Positions 12,385-21,703 of a stretch of DNA of 64,000 bases are shown one piece after another. The DNA comes from Bdellovibrionota bacterium (GTDB taxonomy: Bacteria > Bdellovibrionota_C > UBA2361 > CAKMMH01): NCBI GenBank assembly GCA_050952645.1, contig JBMNLI010000017.1:32001-96000 (forward strand), given 5' to 3'. The notes under the pieces were generated by a model. It was not told the DNA's origin. It was given only the letters and a program-made list of their open reading frames with translations, and searched no databases. The translations under genes were made by a program, and so were the position numbers. How positions within the stretch are numbered: position 1 is the first letter of the stretch; each line of letters begins with the position of its first letter.

Positions 12385-13275
12385 ATGAAACTTACGTATT
12401 CAAACAGAATAAAAATTGCACTATGTTCATTAGTTTTATTTTTACTATCGACAATGTTATTACATCATACTTCTAAAGATAAAACGCTTATCGAGTATTC
12501 TTATAAAATTGTTTACGAGATATTGTACCCTTTTCAAAACTTCACAAATAGCTCCATTAATTTTGTTCATAATGCTTATGATAATTACGTAAATTTAGTA
12601 AATTTAAAATCTGAAAATGAAAAATTAAAATTTAAAATTGCGAAATTAAAAAAACGTAATTTAAAATTAAATGAAGAAAAACGTGAGAATAAAAGCTTAA
12701 AAAGACTTTTAAAAATAAAAAGAAAAACTAAGCTTAGCTCCATAGGGGCAGAAATAATAGGATATAATCCTGCAAAATGGGGACATATGCTTCTTATAAA
12801 CAGAGGAAGCAATGATAGCGTAGCCGTAGGAGACCCCGTTATAAGCCATGAAGGGGTTGTCGGGCAAGTAGTTTCGGCAAGCCCTCACACGGCAAGAGTC
12901 CTTGTGCTAATAGATAGGATAAGTGCAACGCACGTTTTCTTACATCAAAGCAGAGCTAGGGGCGTTCTAGTAGGCGGTGGAAAAGAACTTTGCGAACTTA
13001 AATATATCCTAAAAAATAGTGATGTAAAAATTGGTGATAAAGTTTTAACTAGCGGTCTAGATGGAGTATTCCCAAAAGGGCTTCTCGTAGGATATATAGC
13101 CGACATCTCCCCTACTTCCTCTAGTTTATTTAGCGCTATAAAAGTTAAGCCAGCTGTGAATTTTTCTAAGCTAGAGTTTGTAATAGTTTTAAAAACTAAA
13201 TTAAATACAAAATTAAAAAAAGAAATTAAAAACGAGATTAAAAAAGAAGAAAAGAAAGAAAAAAATAATTTATGA
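12385..13275 (+). CDS. mreC: Rod shape-determining protein MreC
   Basis: TM, coiled coil, GVVGQV, TSGLDGVFPKGLLVG; follows mreB. Confidence 0.95.
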   Translation: MKLTYSNRIKIALCSLVLFLLSTMLLHHTSKDKTLIEYSYKIVYEILYPFQNFTNSSINFVHNAYDNYVNLVNLKSENEKLKFKIAKLKKRNLKLNEEKRENKSLKRLLKIKRKTKLSSIGAEIIGYNPAKWGHMLLINRGSNDSVAVGDPVISHEGVVGQVVSASPHTARVLVLIDRISATHVFLHQSRARGVLVGGGKELCELKYILKNSDVKIGDKVLTSGLDGVFPKGLLVGYIADISPTSSSLFSAIKVKPAVNFSKLEFVIVLKTKLNTKLKKEIKNEIKKEEKKEKNNL

Positions 13276-13760
13276 ATACAACTAAAAAAATTTTTATCAT
13301 ACTAATTTTAGCATTTATAATGTTATTTTTAATAAGTAATATTTTAAAGCCTTTTTTACCTAATGCTTTTATACCTAATATTATCCTTATATTCGTTATC
13401 TTTTTAAGTTTTAATGAAACTAATATTTTTGGCTTAGTTTTAAGCTTTTTTCTAGGACTTCTTTTAGATATTTCTACTAGCACTTTGCTTGGGCCTTGGA
13501 GCGCATCATTCGTTATTATTTACACGATGTTTGCGATCCTTTCGGGAAGAATTTTTATAGATACAACGATTTCTCTAATAATTATTACGGCGATCTCCTC
13601 TATCATTTGCGATATCGTTTACACTGTTTTAATTTTTACATTTTTAGCTAACACTAATAATTTTAGTTTTGATATATTAATTGGGAGCATAGTTACTGCC
13701 ATTTTTAGTCCATTTATAGTGTATATATTAAGAAAATATTACCCAATTAAAAATAGATAA
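13272..13760 (+). CDS. mreD: Rod shape-determining protein MreD
   Basis: Hydrophobic 162 aa, FFLGLLLD motif, position between mreC and mrdA. Confidence 0.88.
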   Translation: MNTTKKIFIILILAFIMLFLISNILKPFLPNAFIPNIILIFVIFLSFNETNIFGLVLSFFLGLLLDISTSTLLGPWSASFVIIYTMFAILSGRIFIDTTISLIIITAISSIICDIVYTVLIFTFLANTNNFSFDILIGSIVTAIFSPFIVYILRKYYPIKNR

Positions 13761-13804
13761 AAATAAACAATAAAAAATAAATTAAAGGAGTATTTAAAAA
13801 AATA

Positions 13805-15730
13805 ATGCTTATTTTTGAACGAAGCTTTATAAATATTAAAAAAAGGGTAAATATTTATACTATTTTTATTATTATAATATTTTTTATAATAATAATGAGA
13901 CTAGTGTATCTGCAACTTTTTAATTCTGAATATTTTAAAGATCGCTCAGAAAACAATCTACTTCGCACAGTTTACGTTCAAGCCCCAAGAGGAAATATTT
14001 ACGATAGAAATGGCAAAGAGCTAGTAGGAAGTCGCCCTGCGTTTAATATCGAAATCACCACTGAGGATTGCCCAGATATAAAGAAAGTTTTAAAGAAACT
14101 TTCTAAAATATCAAACATTCCATATGAAACCTTAAAGCAAAAAACCACGGATCATAGCAAACGAAGACGCTTTGAACCAAAAGTATTGATAAAAGATATC
14201 GATAGTAAATTACTAGCTAAAATAGTGGCTCACAAATATGAACTTCCTGGTGTTATAGTAAACGTAATTCCGACTAGAGAGTATAAATATAATAATTTTG
14301 CTTCTCACGTTTTAGGATACGTAAGGGAACTTACTCAAGAGCAATTAAAAAGCGAAAGGTTTTCAAAGTCGGGATATATTATGGGAGATATCGTTGGGCA
14401 GTACGGCATTGAAGAAAAATGGGAAGAATATCTTCAGGGCAAAAAAGGAGTAAAGCTAGTAAAGGTTAATGCTAACGGTATTAGAATAAGCGAAGAATCG
14501 TTCGATGCTGAAATAGCTGGGCATGATATTTATTTAACGCTAGATAAAAATGTGCAGCTAGCAAGCGATAAAGCTCTAGAGGATAAAAAAGGTGCGATCG
14601 TGGCGCTAGACCCAAACAATGGTGAAATTTTAGCCATGTCATCTGCCCCATCTTTTGACCCAAATATTTTTACTAAGGAATTATCTACTGAAACTTGGCA
14701 AGACTTAAATGGCCCTTTAAAGAAGCTTCACAATAGAGCTATACAAGGAGCATACCCTCCAGGTTCAGTCTTCAAGGCAGTTATGGCAGTAGCGGGGCTT
14801 TCTGAAGGAGTGATTACTCCTAATACTAAAATAAATTGCGTTGGGCATTTGCCGTTTGCAGGGAGACGCTACCATTGTCATAAACGTGTAGGACATGGGG
14901 CTCTTAATTTAGAACTAGCAATGGCGCAATCTTGCGATGTATATTTTTACGTTCTTGGGCAGCGTTTAGGTGTAGATAGAATACATGAATATGCGTATAA
15001 ATTTGGTTTCGATAGAAAAAGTGGCATCAATTTAGCTAATGAAAACAAAGGGCTAATTCCATCTACAACGTGGAAGAAAAGGTATTATAAAAGCACACCA
15101 TCACAGCAAAAATGGTTCCCTGGCGAAACTCTATCTGTGGCTATCGGACAAGGTGCTAATTTAGTAACTTCGCTTCAGCAAGCAAATATGATAGCGACTA
15201 TAGTAAATGGTGGTACTTTATATGAACCGTATTTAGTAAAAAAAATCGTTTCTAATGACAAAAAATTTATAGATGATAAATTCGATAAGAAAGTTATAGA
15301 CACTTTAGATGTTTCAAAAGATATTTTAGAAGAGGTAAAAAATAGCTTAATATCAGTTGTAAATCATGAAAAAGGAACTGGCAAAAGAGCTAAGATAGAT
15401 GAAAGATTTAATATTACAGTAGGAGGAAAATCTGGAACATCGCAAGTAGTAGGATTAAACTATAAAATAAAGGATGAGATGCATAAAGATCACGGTTGGT
15501 TTGTAGGCTTTGCACCTGCACAAAAACCTGAAATAGTAGTAGCAGTTCTTCTAGAAAATGGAGGAAGCGGAGGTGCCGTTGCTGCTCCTTTAGTAAAAAC
15601 CGTGCTAGAAGCCTATTTTAATAAAAAGTACCCCGAAGTTTTAAAAGAAGATAGAGAAAAAGAAAAAAACAAAAATAGAGATAAAAAGAAAGATAAAGAT
15701 AAAGGCAAAAAGAAAAAACGACTAAGTTAA
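13805..15730 (+). CDS. mrdA: Penicillin-binding protein 2
   Basis: APRGNIYDRNG, YPPGSVFK (SxxK), SCD (SxN variant), KSGT. Confidence 0.96.
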   Translation: MLIFERSFINIKKRVNIYTIFIIIIFFIIIMRLVYLQLFNSEYFKDRSENNLLRTVYVQAPRGNIYDRNGKELVGSRPAFNIEITTEDCPDIKKVLKKLSKISNIPYETLKQKTTDHSKRRRFEPKVLIKDIDSKLLAKIVAHKYELPGVIVNVIPTREYKYNNFASHVLGYVRELTQEQLKSERFSKSGYIMGDIVGQYGIEEKWEEYLQGKKGVKLVKVNANGIRISEESFDAEIAGHDIYLTLDKNVQLASDKALEDKKGAIVALDPNNGEILAMSSAPSFDPNIFTKELSTETWQDLNGPLKKLHNRAIQGAYPPGSVFKAVMAVAGLSEGVITPNTKINCVGHLPFAGRRYHCHKRVGHGALNLELAMAQSCDVYFYVLGQRLGVDRIHEYAYKFGFDRKSGINLANENKGLIPSTTWKKRYYKSTPSQQKWFPGETLSVAIGQGANLVTSLQQANMIATIVNGGTLYEPYLVKKIVSNDKKFIDDKFDKKVIDTLDVSKDILEEVKNSLISVVNHEKGTGKRAKIDERFNITVGGKSGTSQVVGLNYKIKDEMHKDHGWFVGFAPAQKPEIVVAVLLENGGSGGAVAAPLVKTVLEAYFNKKYPEVLKEDREKEKNKNRDKKKDKDKGKKKKRLS

Positions 15731-15759
15731 GAAAATAAAATAAAACAAGGAAAGATTAA

Positions 15760-16902
15760 ATGCTTATCGATAGAAGATTTTTTACAAATTTTGACTGGAA
15801 GTTAGTGCTTTGTGTTTTAGCGATACCAATTTTTGGACTAGTCGTTCTTTATAGTGCTGGTTATGACCCAGTAGATACGGTAAAGCTAATTGAAGGAAAG
15901 TTATTTAATTTAGAGATAAAGAGCATACCAGCTATGAAACAGTTTTTATATTTAATAGCAGGGCTTTTTATAATGATACTAGTTTCTTTAATTCCGACTG
16001 ATTTTTTAAAAAAGTATGCTTATTTAATCTATTTTTTAACTATTCTTTTGCTTATCGTTGTTATGGTTTATGGTAGTATTTCTAAAGGTTCTAGGAGATG
16101 GATAGACTTTGGAATTTTAAAATTACAGCCATCTGAGATTGCGAAAATTTCTACGATGCTTGCAGTAGCAAGATATTTATCGCAAGTGGCAACAAGAGAA
16201 TTATTAAGCTTAAAGCATTTATTTGTCCTTAGTCTTTTAGTGCTTTGTCCATTTTTACTAATAGTAGCGCAACCCGATTTAGGAACTAGTTTAGCTGTGG
16301 TGTTTCCAGCGGTAGCAATGATTCTATTTATTGGAGTAAAGTTTAAAATTTTAATTACTACTTTTCTGTTAGGCATCGCTTCTATATTTCCGCTTTGGAG
16401 TTTTTTAGCTCCTTATCAAAAAAGGAGAGTAATGGCTTTACTAAATCCAGACTTTGACCCGTTAGGTGCAGGGTATCATATTATACAATCGAAGATTGCA
16501 GTAGGCTCAGGGGGATTATGGGGCAAGGGATTTTTAAAAGGCACTCAAACTCAGCTTTCATTTTTGCCAGAGCATACTACAGATTTTATTTTTTCAGTTT
16601 TAGCTGAGGAATGGGGGTTTGTAGGGTGTTTAGTATTACTTTTTTTATATTTTATTTTACTATATAAACTTTTATACATTGCGAGTAAAAGTAGTAGTCT
16701 ATTTGCCACTTTAATTTGTGTTGGCGTCACGTCTTATATTTTTTTTCATGTATTAGTAAATATCGGCATGGTTATAGGTCTTCTTCCAGTAGTTGGAATC
16801 CCACTGCCACTTTTTAGCTACGGTGGCTCATCGATGCTAAGCACCATGGCAGCCTTAGGAATAGTGCTAGGAATTAGTATAAGAAAGAATTTTTTTAAGT
16901 AA
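15760..16902 (+). CDS. rodA: Rod shape-determining protein RodA (SEDS glycosyltransferase)
   Basis: QPSEIAK, QPDLGT, QSKIAVGSGG, FLPEHTTDFIF, PLFSYGGSS. Confidence 0.96.
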   Translation: MLIDRRFFTNFDWKLVLCVLAIPIFGLVVLYSAGYDPVDTVKLIEGKLFNLEIKSIPAMKQFLYLIAGLFIMILVSLIPTDFLKKYAYLIYFLTILLLIVVMVYGSISKGSRRWIDFGILKLQPSEIAKISTMLAVARYLSQVATRELLSLKHLFVLSLLVLCPFLLIVAQPDLGTSLAVVFPAVAMILFIGVKFKILITTFLLGIASIFPLWSFLAPYQKRRVMALLNPDFDPLGAGYHIIQSKIAVGSGGLWGKGFLKGTQTQLSFLPEHTTDFIFSVLAEEWGFVGCLVLLFLYFILLYKLLYIASKSSSLFATLICVGVTSYIFFHVLVNIGMVIGLLPVVGIPLPLFSYGGSSMLSTMAALGIVLGISIRKNFFK

Positions 16903-17207
16903 AAAATCTAAATTTCCCATTTGTATAATAACGCTTTTTAGGTTAAAATATTAGTTTCGCTTAAAAGATTTAAAAAAAATCTTTTAGCTAATATACAATT
17001 TATATCGAGTAGAAGATAAGACTAATTTTAGTTTTTTATTTATATAACTTAACCTTAAAAGTTTATTCTTTAGAAATACTTATATATATATATAAAGCTT
17101 TCGTGATGACTTACATATTTTGTGAGCATATTTTGTGAGCATATTTTATATAAGCTTGCAAGATGCATCTCTATCAACTTTTTTTTCATATAGTAAAGGA
17201 GCTAAAT

Positions 17208-17417
17208 ATGAGCGAGCAACCAGCGGGTAACTTAGCAGATAACGAGCAAGCAGGTTGTGAAATTCCATTTAAACTTGCTGAGGCATTAAAAGAAGGGAAT
17301 TGCGGAAACCAAGGTAGGCAAGGAGACGTTCCTAACGATGGAAACACTCTTACTCCTTCTTCGTTTTCTCCTTCAGAAGCCGCAACTAATGAAGAAGGTG
17401 GCGAAGCAGGACTTTGA
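17208..17417 (+). CDS. Orphan acidic micro-protein (69 aa)
   Basis: AAGGAG RBS 6 nt before ATG 17208; ORF is locally GC-richer than its flanks; MSEQPAGNL...GEAGL. Confidence 0.65.
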   Translation: MSEQPAGNLADNEQAGCEIPFKLAEALKEGNCGNQGRQGDVPNDGNTLTPSSFSPSEAATNEEGGEAGL

Positions 17418-17521
17418 AACGATTGCTTAAAGCGAGTTTAATTACTAACTAACAAAAATCAAGAAATTTTTAAGTAAACCTCTTTTTATTTAAAATTATT
17501 AAAAAAAGAAAGGGCTTTAAA

Positions 17522-17703
17522 ATGGCTGATGAAAAATTACCTCTAGATTTTGACCCAACAAACCCAACGGAAAGTAGTAAGCCTGTGGCGGAGATTCAAA
17601 AGCAGAAACTCCAAAGCTAACTCGCATAGATGGCTATGATGATGTATCGCCTAACGGACACTGCCTCCCACCATCTGTTTACGGTGATGTACCTCCACTC
17701 TAG
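17522..17703 (+). pseudogene. Probable frameshifted orphan micro-protein (about 60 aa if repaired)
   Basis: ORF 17522-17620 (MADEKLPLDFDPTNPTESSK...) overlaps a -1 frame 17581-17703 (ACGGDSK...DVSPNGHCLPPSVYGDVPPL*) that carries the motif shared with neighbouring peptides. Confidence 0.45.
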
Positions 17704-17866
17704 TTCTTAACTCCTTGCTACTTGCTTCCCCTTTAGCCTTAATAATTAAACTAAAACTAAAGTGCTTAAAGCACAAAGCTTGCTTTAATGGAAAAATTTT
17801 CCTAAACTAGTTTTTTAGTTTTAACTTATTTAAGAAAGGAAAACTTTAAGAAAGGAAAACTTGCCT

Positions 17867-18574
17867 ATGGAAAGTAGCAAACATGGTGAGCCACGTAAAG
17901 ATATAAATTTACATTTAAAACATATCATTTTCGATTACAATGGCACTCTTATAAATGATGCTTTGGCTCAATACGAGCCTTGTGCTAAAGCTTTTAGAGA
18001 GCATGAACTCCCCCCTCTTTCATTCGATAGATTTCAAAAAGAGCTATGTTACCCAGTTAAGGACTTCTATATTGCAAATGGGTTCGATACTGAAAAATAT
18101 GATTTTGCAGAAATGATGGATGAATATCATAGGCGCTTTCTTTTACTCCTTGAAAAATGCGAGTTATTTAGCGATGTAAAAGAAACATTAGAGTTCTTCA
18201 AAAACAAAAATGTAAGTTTATCTATCCTGTCTTCTTTAGAGCATAATATGCTTATGAAAAATACTAAAGATAAAAGTATCGATGAGTTTTTTACTAATAT
18301 CACAGGAACTAAAGATACCCAGGCAGGTAGCAAAATAGACAATGCTAAAAAGTGGTTTCAAGAAAGTGGCTTCAAAAACCATGAGATCATAATGGTAGGA
18401 GATACTTTACACGATGCGGAAGTTGCAGAAGCTTTAAATATAACTTGTTTTCTTGTATCACGTGGCGTTCAGCACAAAGATGTTTTACGAAAATCTAAAT
18501 ATAGAGTTTTTGATTCATTAAAGGATATGGTCGAAAATATAAAGACTGCTAACTATATCAGTATAGCGTCTTAA
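17867..18574 (+). CDS. HAD-superfamily phosphatase (phosphoglycolate phosphatase-like)
   Basis: Motif I IIFDYNGTL, ILSS, K, motif IV MVGDTLHD; start placed at ATG 17867. Confidence 0.88.
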   Translation: MESSKHGEPRKDINLHLKHIIFDYNGTLINDALAQYEPCAKAFREHELPPLSFDRFQKELCYPVKDFYIANGFDTEKYDFAEMMDEYHRRFLLLLEKCELFSDVKETLEFFKNKNVSLSILSSLEHNMLMKNTKDKSIDEFFTNITGTKDTQAGSKIDNAKKWFQESGFKNHEIIMVGDTLHDAEVAEALNITCFLVSRGVQHKDVLRKSKYRVFDSLKDMVENIKTANYISIAS

Positions 18575-18674
18575 AAATGCATTCGCCTATATTAGCTAAC
18601 TATTATTATATTAGCTAAAATGAGTCAAATTTACTAAACTTCACGTTACTAATAACTTATGGAGCACTTTGAAA

Positions 18675-18860
18675 ATGTCTAATGAAAACACTAATCAACC
18701 TAATGGCGTTTCACCTGCAGCTAGCGACACGCTTACAAATGAGCTTGCAGATAGGCTTGCAGCTTGGAAAAGGGACAGTCGCGGAGAATCGCACAATGTT
18801 GGGCCTTTCGATCCTAATGGAGAACTACTGTCAGCCAGCTACCCTACTCAACAACTATAA
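18675..18860 (+). CDS. Orphan micro-protein (61 aa)
   Basis: GGAG at 18661-18664; MSNENTNQPNG...DPNGELLSASYPTQQL; locally GC-richer. Confidence 0.6.
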   Translation: MSNENTNQPNGVSPAASDTLTNELADRLAAWKRDSRGESHNVGPFDPNGELLSASYPTQQL

Positions 18861-18938
18861 GAGCTTTAAGCTAAGCGCTTGGCACTTAAAATTTTAAGTT
18901 CTAGTCGCTAGAAAAGAGTAGTCGTTGCTAGAAAAGAA

Positions 18939-19023
18939 TAAAAGAAAGGGAAGGTAAAAGGTTTTTCTTAAGGCTTTTTTTAAAAAGGCGAAAAAAAACT
19001 AGTCTTATCTTCACTTTCTTTTA
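18939..19023 (+). terminator. Long hairpin followed by T-rich tract downstream of the micro-protein gene
   Basis: TAAAAGAAAGgGAAGgTAA pairs with TTAtCTTCaCTTTCTTTTA; pyrimidine runs follow. Confidence 0.45.
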
Positions 19024-19208
19024 CGCTATCTTTACCTTTTCTTTTGCCTTTTCTTTTACATTTTCTTTTACCTTTAACATTTCCTTTTACTTTCCCTACA
19101 ATCCTTGCGTCTTTAAAAACTTGCGTCTTTGACAACTTACTTCTTGACAACTTAAGTGAGTTCTAGCAAAATTAAAAAATTAAGGATTAACCATAAACTT
19201 TTTTCCTT

Positions 19209-19292
19209 GCCTGGATGGTGGAATTGGTAGACACGTTGGACTCAAAATCCAATGCTAGAAATAGCGTGAGGGTTCGACCCCCTCTCTAGGCA
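19209..19292 (+). tRNA. tRNA-Leu (anticodon CAA)
   Basis: Acceptor stem GCCTGGA/TCTAGGC + A, D-loop GGAATTGGTAGAC, anticodon stem TTGGA/TCCAA with loop CTCAAAA, long variable arm, GGTTCGA T-loop; CCA not encoded. Confidence 0.96.
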
Positions 19293-19440
19293 TACTTTTT
19301 ATAAGTCATTAACAACAAACCTTAGCTTATATAAATTATAAATCTAAAATTTAATTAGTATATTAAAAAACCTTTCTTATTTTCTCTCTTACTATTTTTT
19401 CCTATTTAAAATTTTTATACTTTTGCTATAATCTTATCTT

Positions 19441-21681
19441 ATGATTAAGACGATAAAATCCTTTTTTTGCTTTATTTATAGCAAAATAAACACTAAATCT
19501 TGTTATTCCGTATTAAACACATTTTTAATAGGAGTTTTACTATCTCTCCTACTCTACGAAGATATAACATTTAATACCTTTAAACTCCAAGGGAAATATT
19601 TTTACTTAACTTTATTAGGCTCTATAACTTTACTTCCCTTTAGCCTTTATAAATCAAAATTTAGCATAGACCCCATAGGCTCTGCATTCGTGCTAATTAT
19701 TTTACTTTTCTCAAACGCTCTTAATAAACCTTATAATCTTTTAGCAGGCCCCGATATAAAAGGTGAAATAATACTATTTACAATACTTTTTTACACACTT
19801 TTAAAAATAAAAAAAACAAAATTCATATATACCCTTTTCATCCTCTCCCCTATTATCCTTTCGTGCATCTTTCTATATGAGGGACATAGGGGAATAGTTT
19901 GGTCGGATGATAATCCTACATTTATATATAGGCTTGAAGCTTTAAAAAAATTTTTCCCTAATATCCCATTTTATTACACTGGCTGGAACTCAGGGCTAGA
20001 TGCAAGGGACTTTTTCGCTACGGGTGCTTTAAATATTTTCTTTTTAGCATACCCGATAATAAAATTTTTAGATGTTCCTAGTAATTACAATATTATTATA
20101 GCTTATTTGCTTTTTATTATTCCTCCACTTTGCACGATACTCGCTTGTAAAATTTTAAAAAAAGATTTTAAATTTATTAGCATCGCAACTCTTCTTACGA
20201 TTACTAACTCTCTTGTTTGGTATCGCTGGACTCTAAAATACGGAACGCTAGGCTTTATAACTAGCGCAAGCTTATCTCCTCTAGTATTCGTGCTTACTCA
20301 AAAATTTTTAAGCAAAGATGAAAAATTAACTAATGGAGAAGCCATTTTGCTAGTCTTATCGACTACCCTTTTGCTTTTTTGGAGTGCAGCTGGGCTAGTG
20401 TTTATCCCTTGTATAATCTACGGGTTATTTTTTATAAAACGTATTTTCAGAAAAAAATATACAATTAAAATCATTTTAAGTTTACTGCTAATAAATATTC
20501 CTTGGATAGTTATCTTCTGGTCTGCCTCAAATGTTGGTAGTTTTATTAAAGTTGAAAAAGAAACTAAAAAAATTGAAAATGTAGCACTAGATAAAATGCC
20601 TAATAAAGCTTCGAGTAGTACGCTTAGCAATAATACACTTAGCAATAAAGAAAAATTAGTAAAAGCAAAAGTAAATAATATTACATTAGAAAGAGTGTTA
20701 AAGAATTTTAGAGAAACTTTCATCTCTATAAATCCTCTCATATATTTATTTACAATCCCTAGTATTTTTCTACTAAATGGCACTTACAGAGTTTTATATA
20801 TTTTAACATCGCTGTGGCTATTATTTTTAGGAACTGCCGTATCAGAACTAAAACCACAAATGGAATTCAACAGAATGTTAATCATATTAACTTTATTAAG
20901 CGTTATCCCTGCTACTAAAAGCATATGTAATATTTTAAAAAATAATTCTACTAATTTGCTAGTAAAAATTTCTAAAGCTCTTATCTTATCGGTCTTATTT
21001 GTAGGTATATTTTCAACTGGTAGCATTTTTAAAAATAGAACTCTTGAGAATTATCACCATAAAAATGAAAATGTCGATAACTTAATAACATTTTTAAAAG
21101 ATTATAAAACTACCGGGCGAGTGCTATTTGTAGGTTTTGTTCTTCACGAATATGGAGAAGGACATATTGCACCCACCCCATTTTTAACGGGCAAACAAAT
21201 GATAGCTTCTAGCCCATTTCACAATATTTGGAAATACACTGAGGTTATACCCATAGAGTTTTTAAGCAAAAACTATAATTACAATTTAATTAAACAATAT
21301 TTAGACTTACAAAACGTTGAACTTCTAGTCGCTCATGAAAGAAAATGGAAAGAATTTCTTTCTAATAATGAAAATTTTGAAGAAGTTTATGCATTTTATA
21401 ATTATAAAGTATATAGATATAAGAATTACGTTAACTCATATTTAATTTCAGGCAATCTGATTGATTTAAAAATTTATGATAACAAATTAGTTTTCACTCC
21501 GCTTACTAAAGAAGTAGTTTTAAAATTTAATTATTTTCCTTTTTTACAAACTAATAATTGTAAAATTACGGAGTTTAAACCTTCAAGATCTATAAAATTT
21601 ATAAAACTTTACGATTGTAATATAAATAAAGAAACCACTTTGGAAGCTAAAAACGCTTTTTTAAGAGTGCTAAACAACTAA
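19441..21681 (+). CDS. Polytopic membrane protein, probable GT-C superfamily glycosyltransferase-like
   Basis: Many TM helices; WSDD acidic loop followed by W..G after the first TM bundle; soluble C-terminal domain. Confidence 0.5.
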   Translation: MIKTIKSFFCFIYSKINTKSCYSVLNTFLIGVLLSLLLYEDITFNTFKLQGKYFYLTLLGSITLLPFSLYKSKFSIDPIGSAFVLIILLFSNALNKPYNLLAGPDIKGEIILFTILFYTLLKIKKTKFIYTLFILSPIILSCIFLYEGHRGIVWSDDNPTFIYRLEALKKFFPNIPFYYTGWNSGLDARDFFATGALNIFFLAYPIIKFLDVPSNYNIIIAYLLFIIPPLCTILACKILKKDFKFISIATLLTITNSLVWYRWTLKYGTLGFITSASLSPLVFVLTQKFLSKDEKLTNGEAILLVLSTTLLLFWSAAGLVFIPCIIYGLFFIKRIFRKKYTIKIILSLLLINIPWIVIFWSASNVGSFIKVEKETKKIENVALDKMPNKASSSTLSNNTLSNKEKLVKAKVNNITLERVLKNFRETFISINPLIYLFTIPSIFLLNGTYRVLYILTSLWLLFLGTAVSELKPQMEFNRMLIILTLLSVIPATKSICNILKNNSTNLLVKISKALILSVLFVGIFSTGSIFKNRTLENYHHKNENVDNLITFLKDYKTTGRVLFVGFVLHEYGEGHIAPTPFLTGKQMIASSPFHNIWKYTEVIPIEFLSKNYNYNLIKQYLDLQNVELLVAHERKWKEFLSNNENFEEVYAFYNYKVYRYKNYVNSYLISGNLIDLKIYDNKLVFTPLTKEVVLKFNYFPFLQTNNCKITEFKPSRSIKFIKLYDCNINKETTLEAKNAFLRVLNN

Positions 21682-21703
21682 TAAATATAAAATAAATATT
21701 AAA

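Larger units (their letters stand above)
17012..19012 (+). repeat. 13-bp inverted repeat pair bounding a micro-protein/HAD cassette
   Basis: GAAGATAAGACTA at 17012-17024 and TAGTCTTATCTTC at 19000-19012. Confidence 0.6.

Noticed and set aside
17208..18860. RiPP precursor cluster
   Set aside because: No radical SAM, lasso cyclase, YcaO, ATP-grasp, peptidase or exporter nearby. Modification in trans cannot be excluded.
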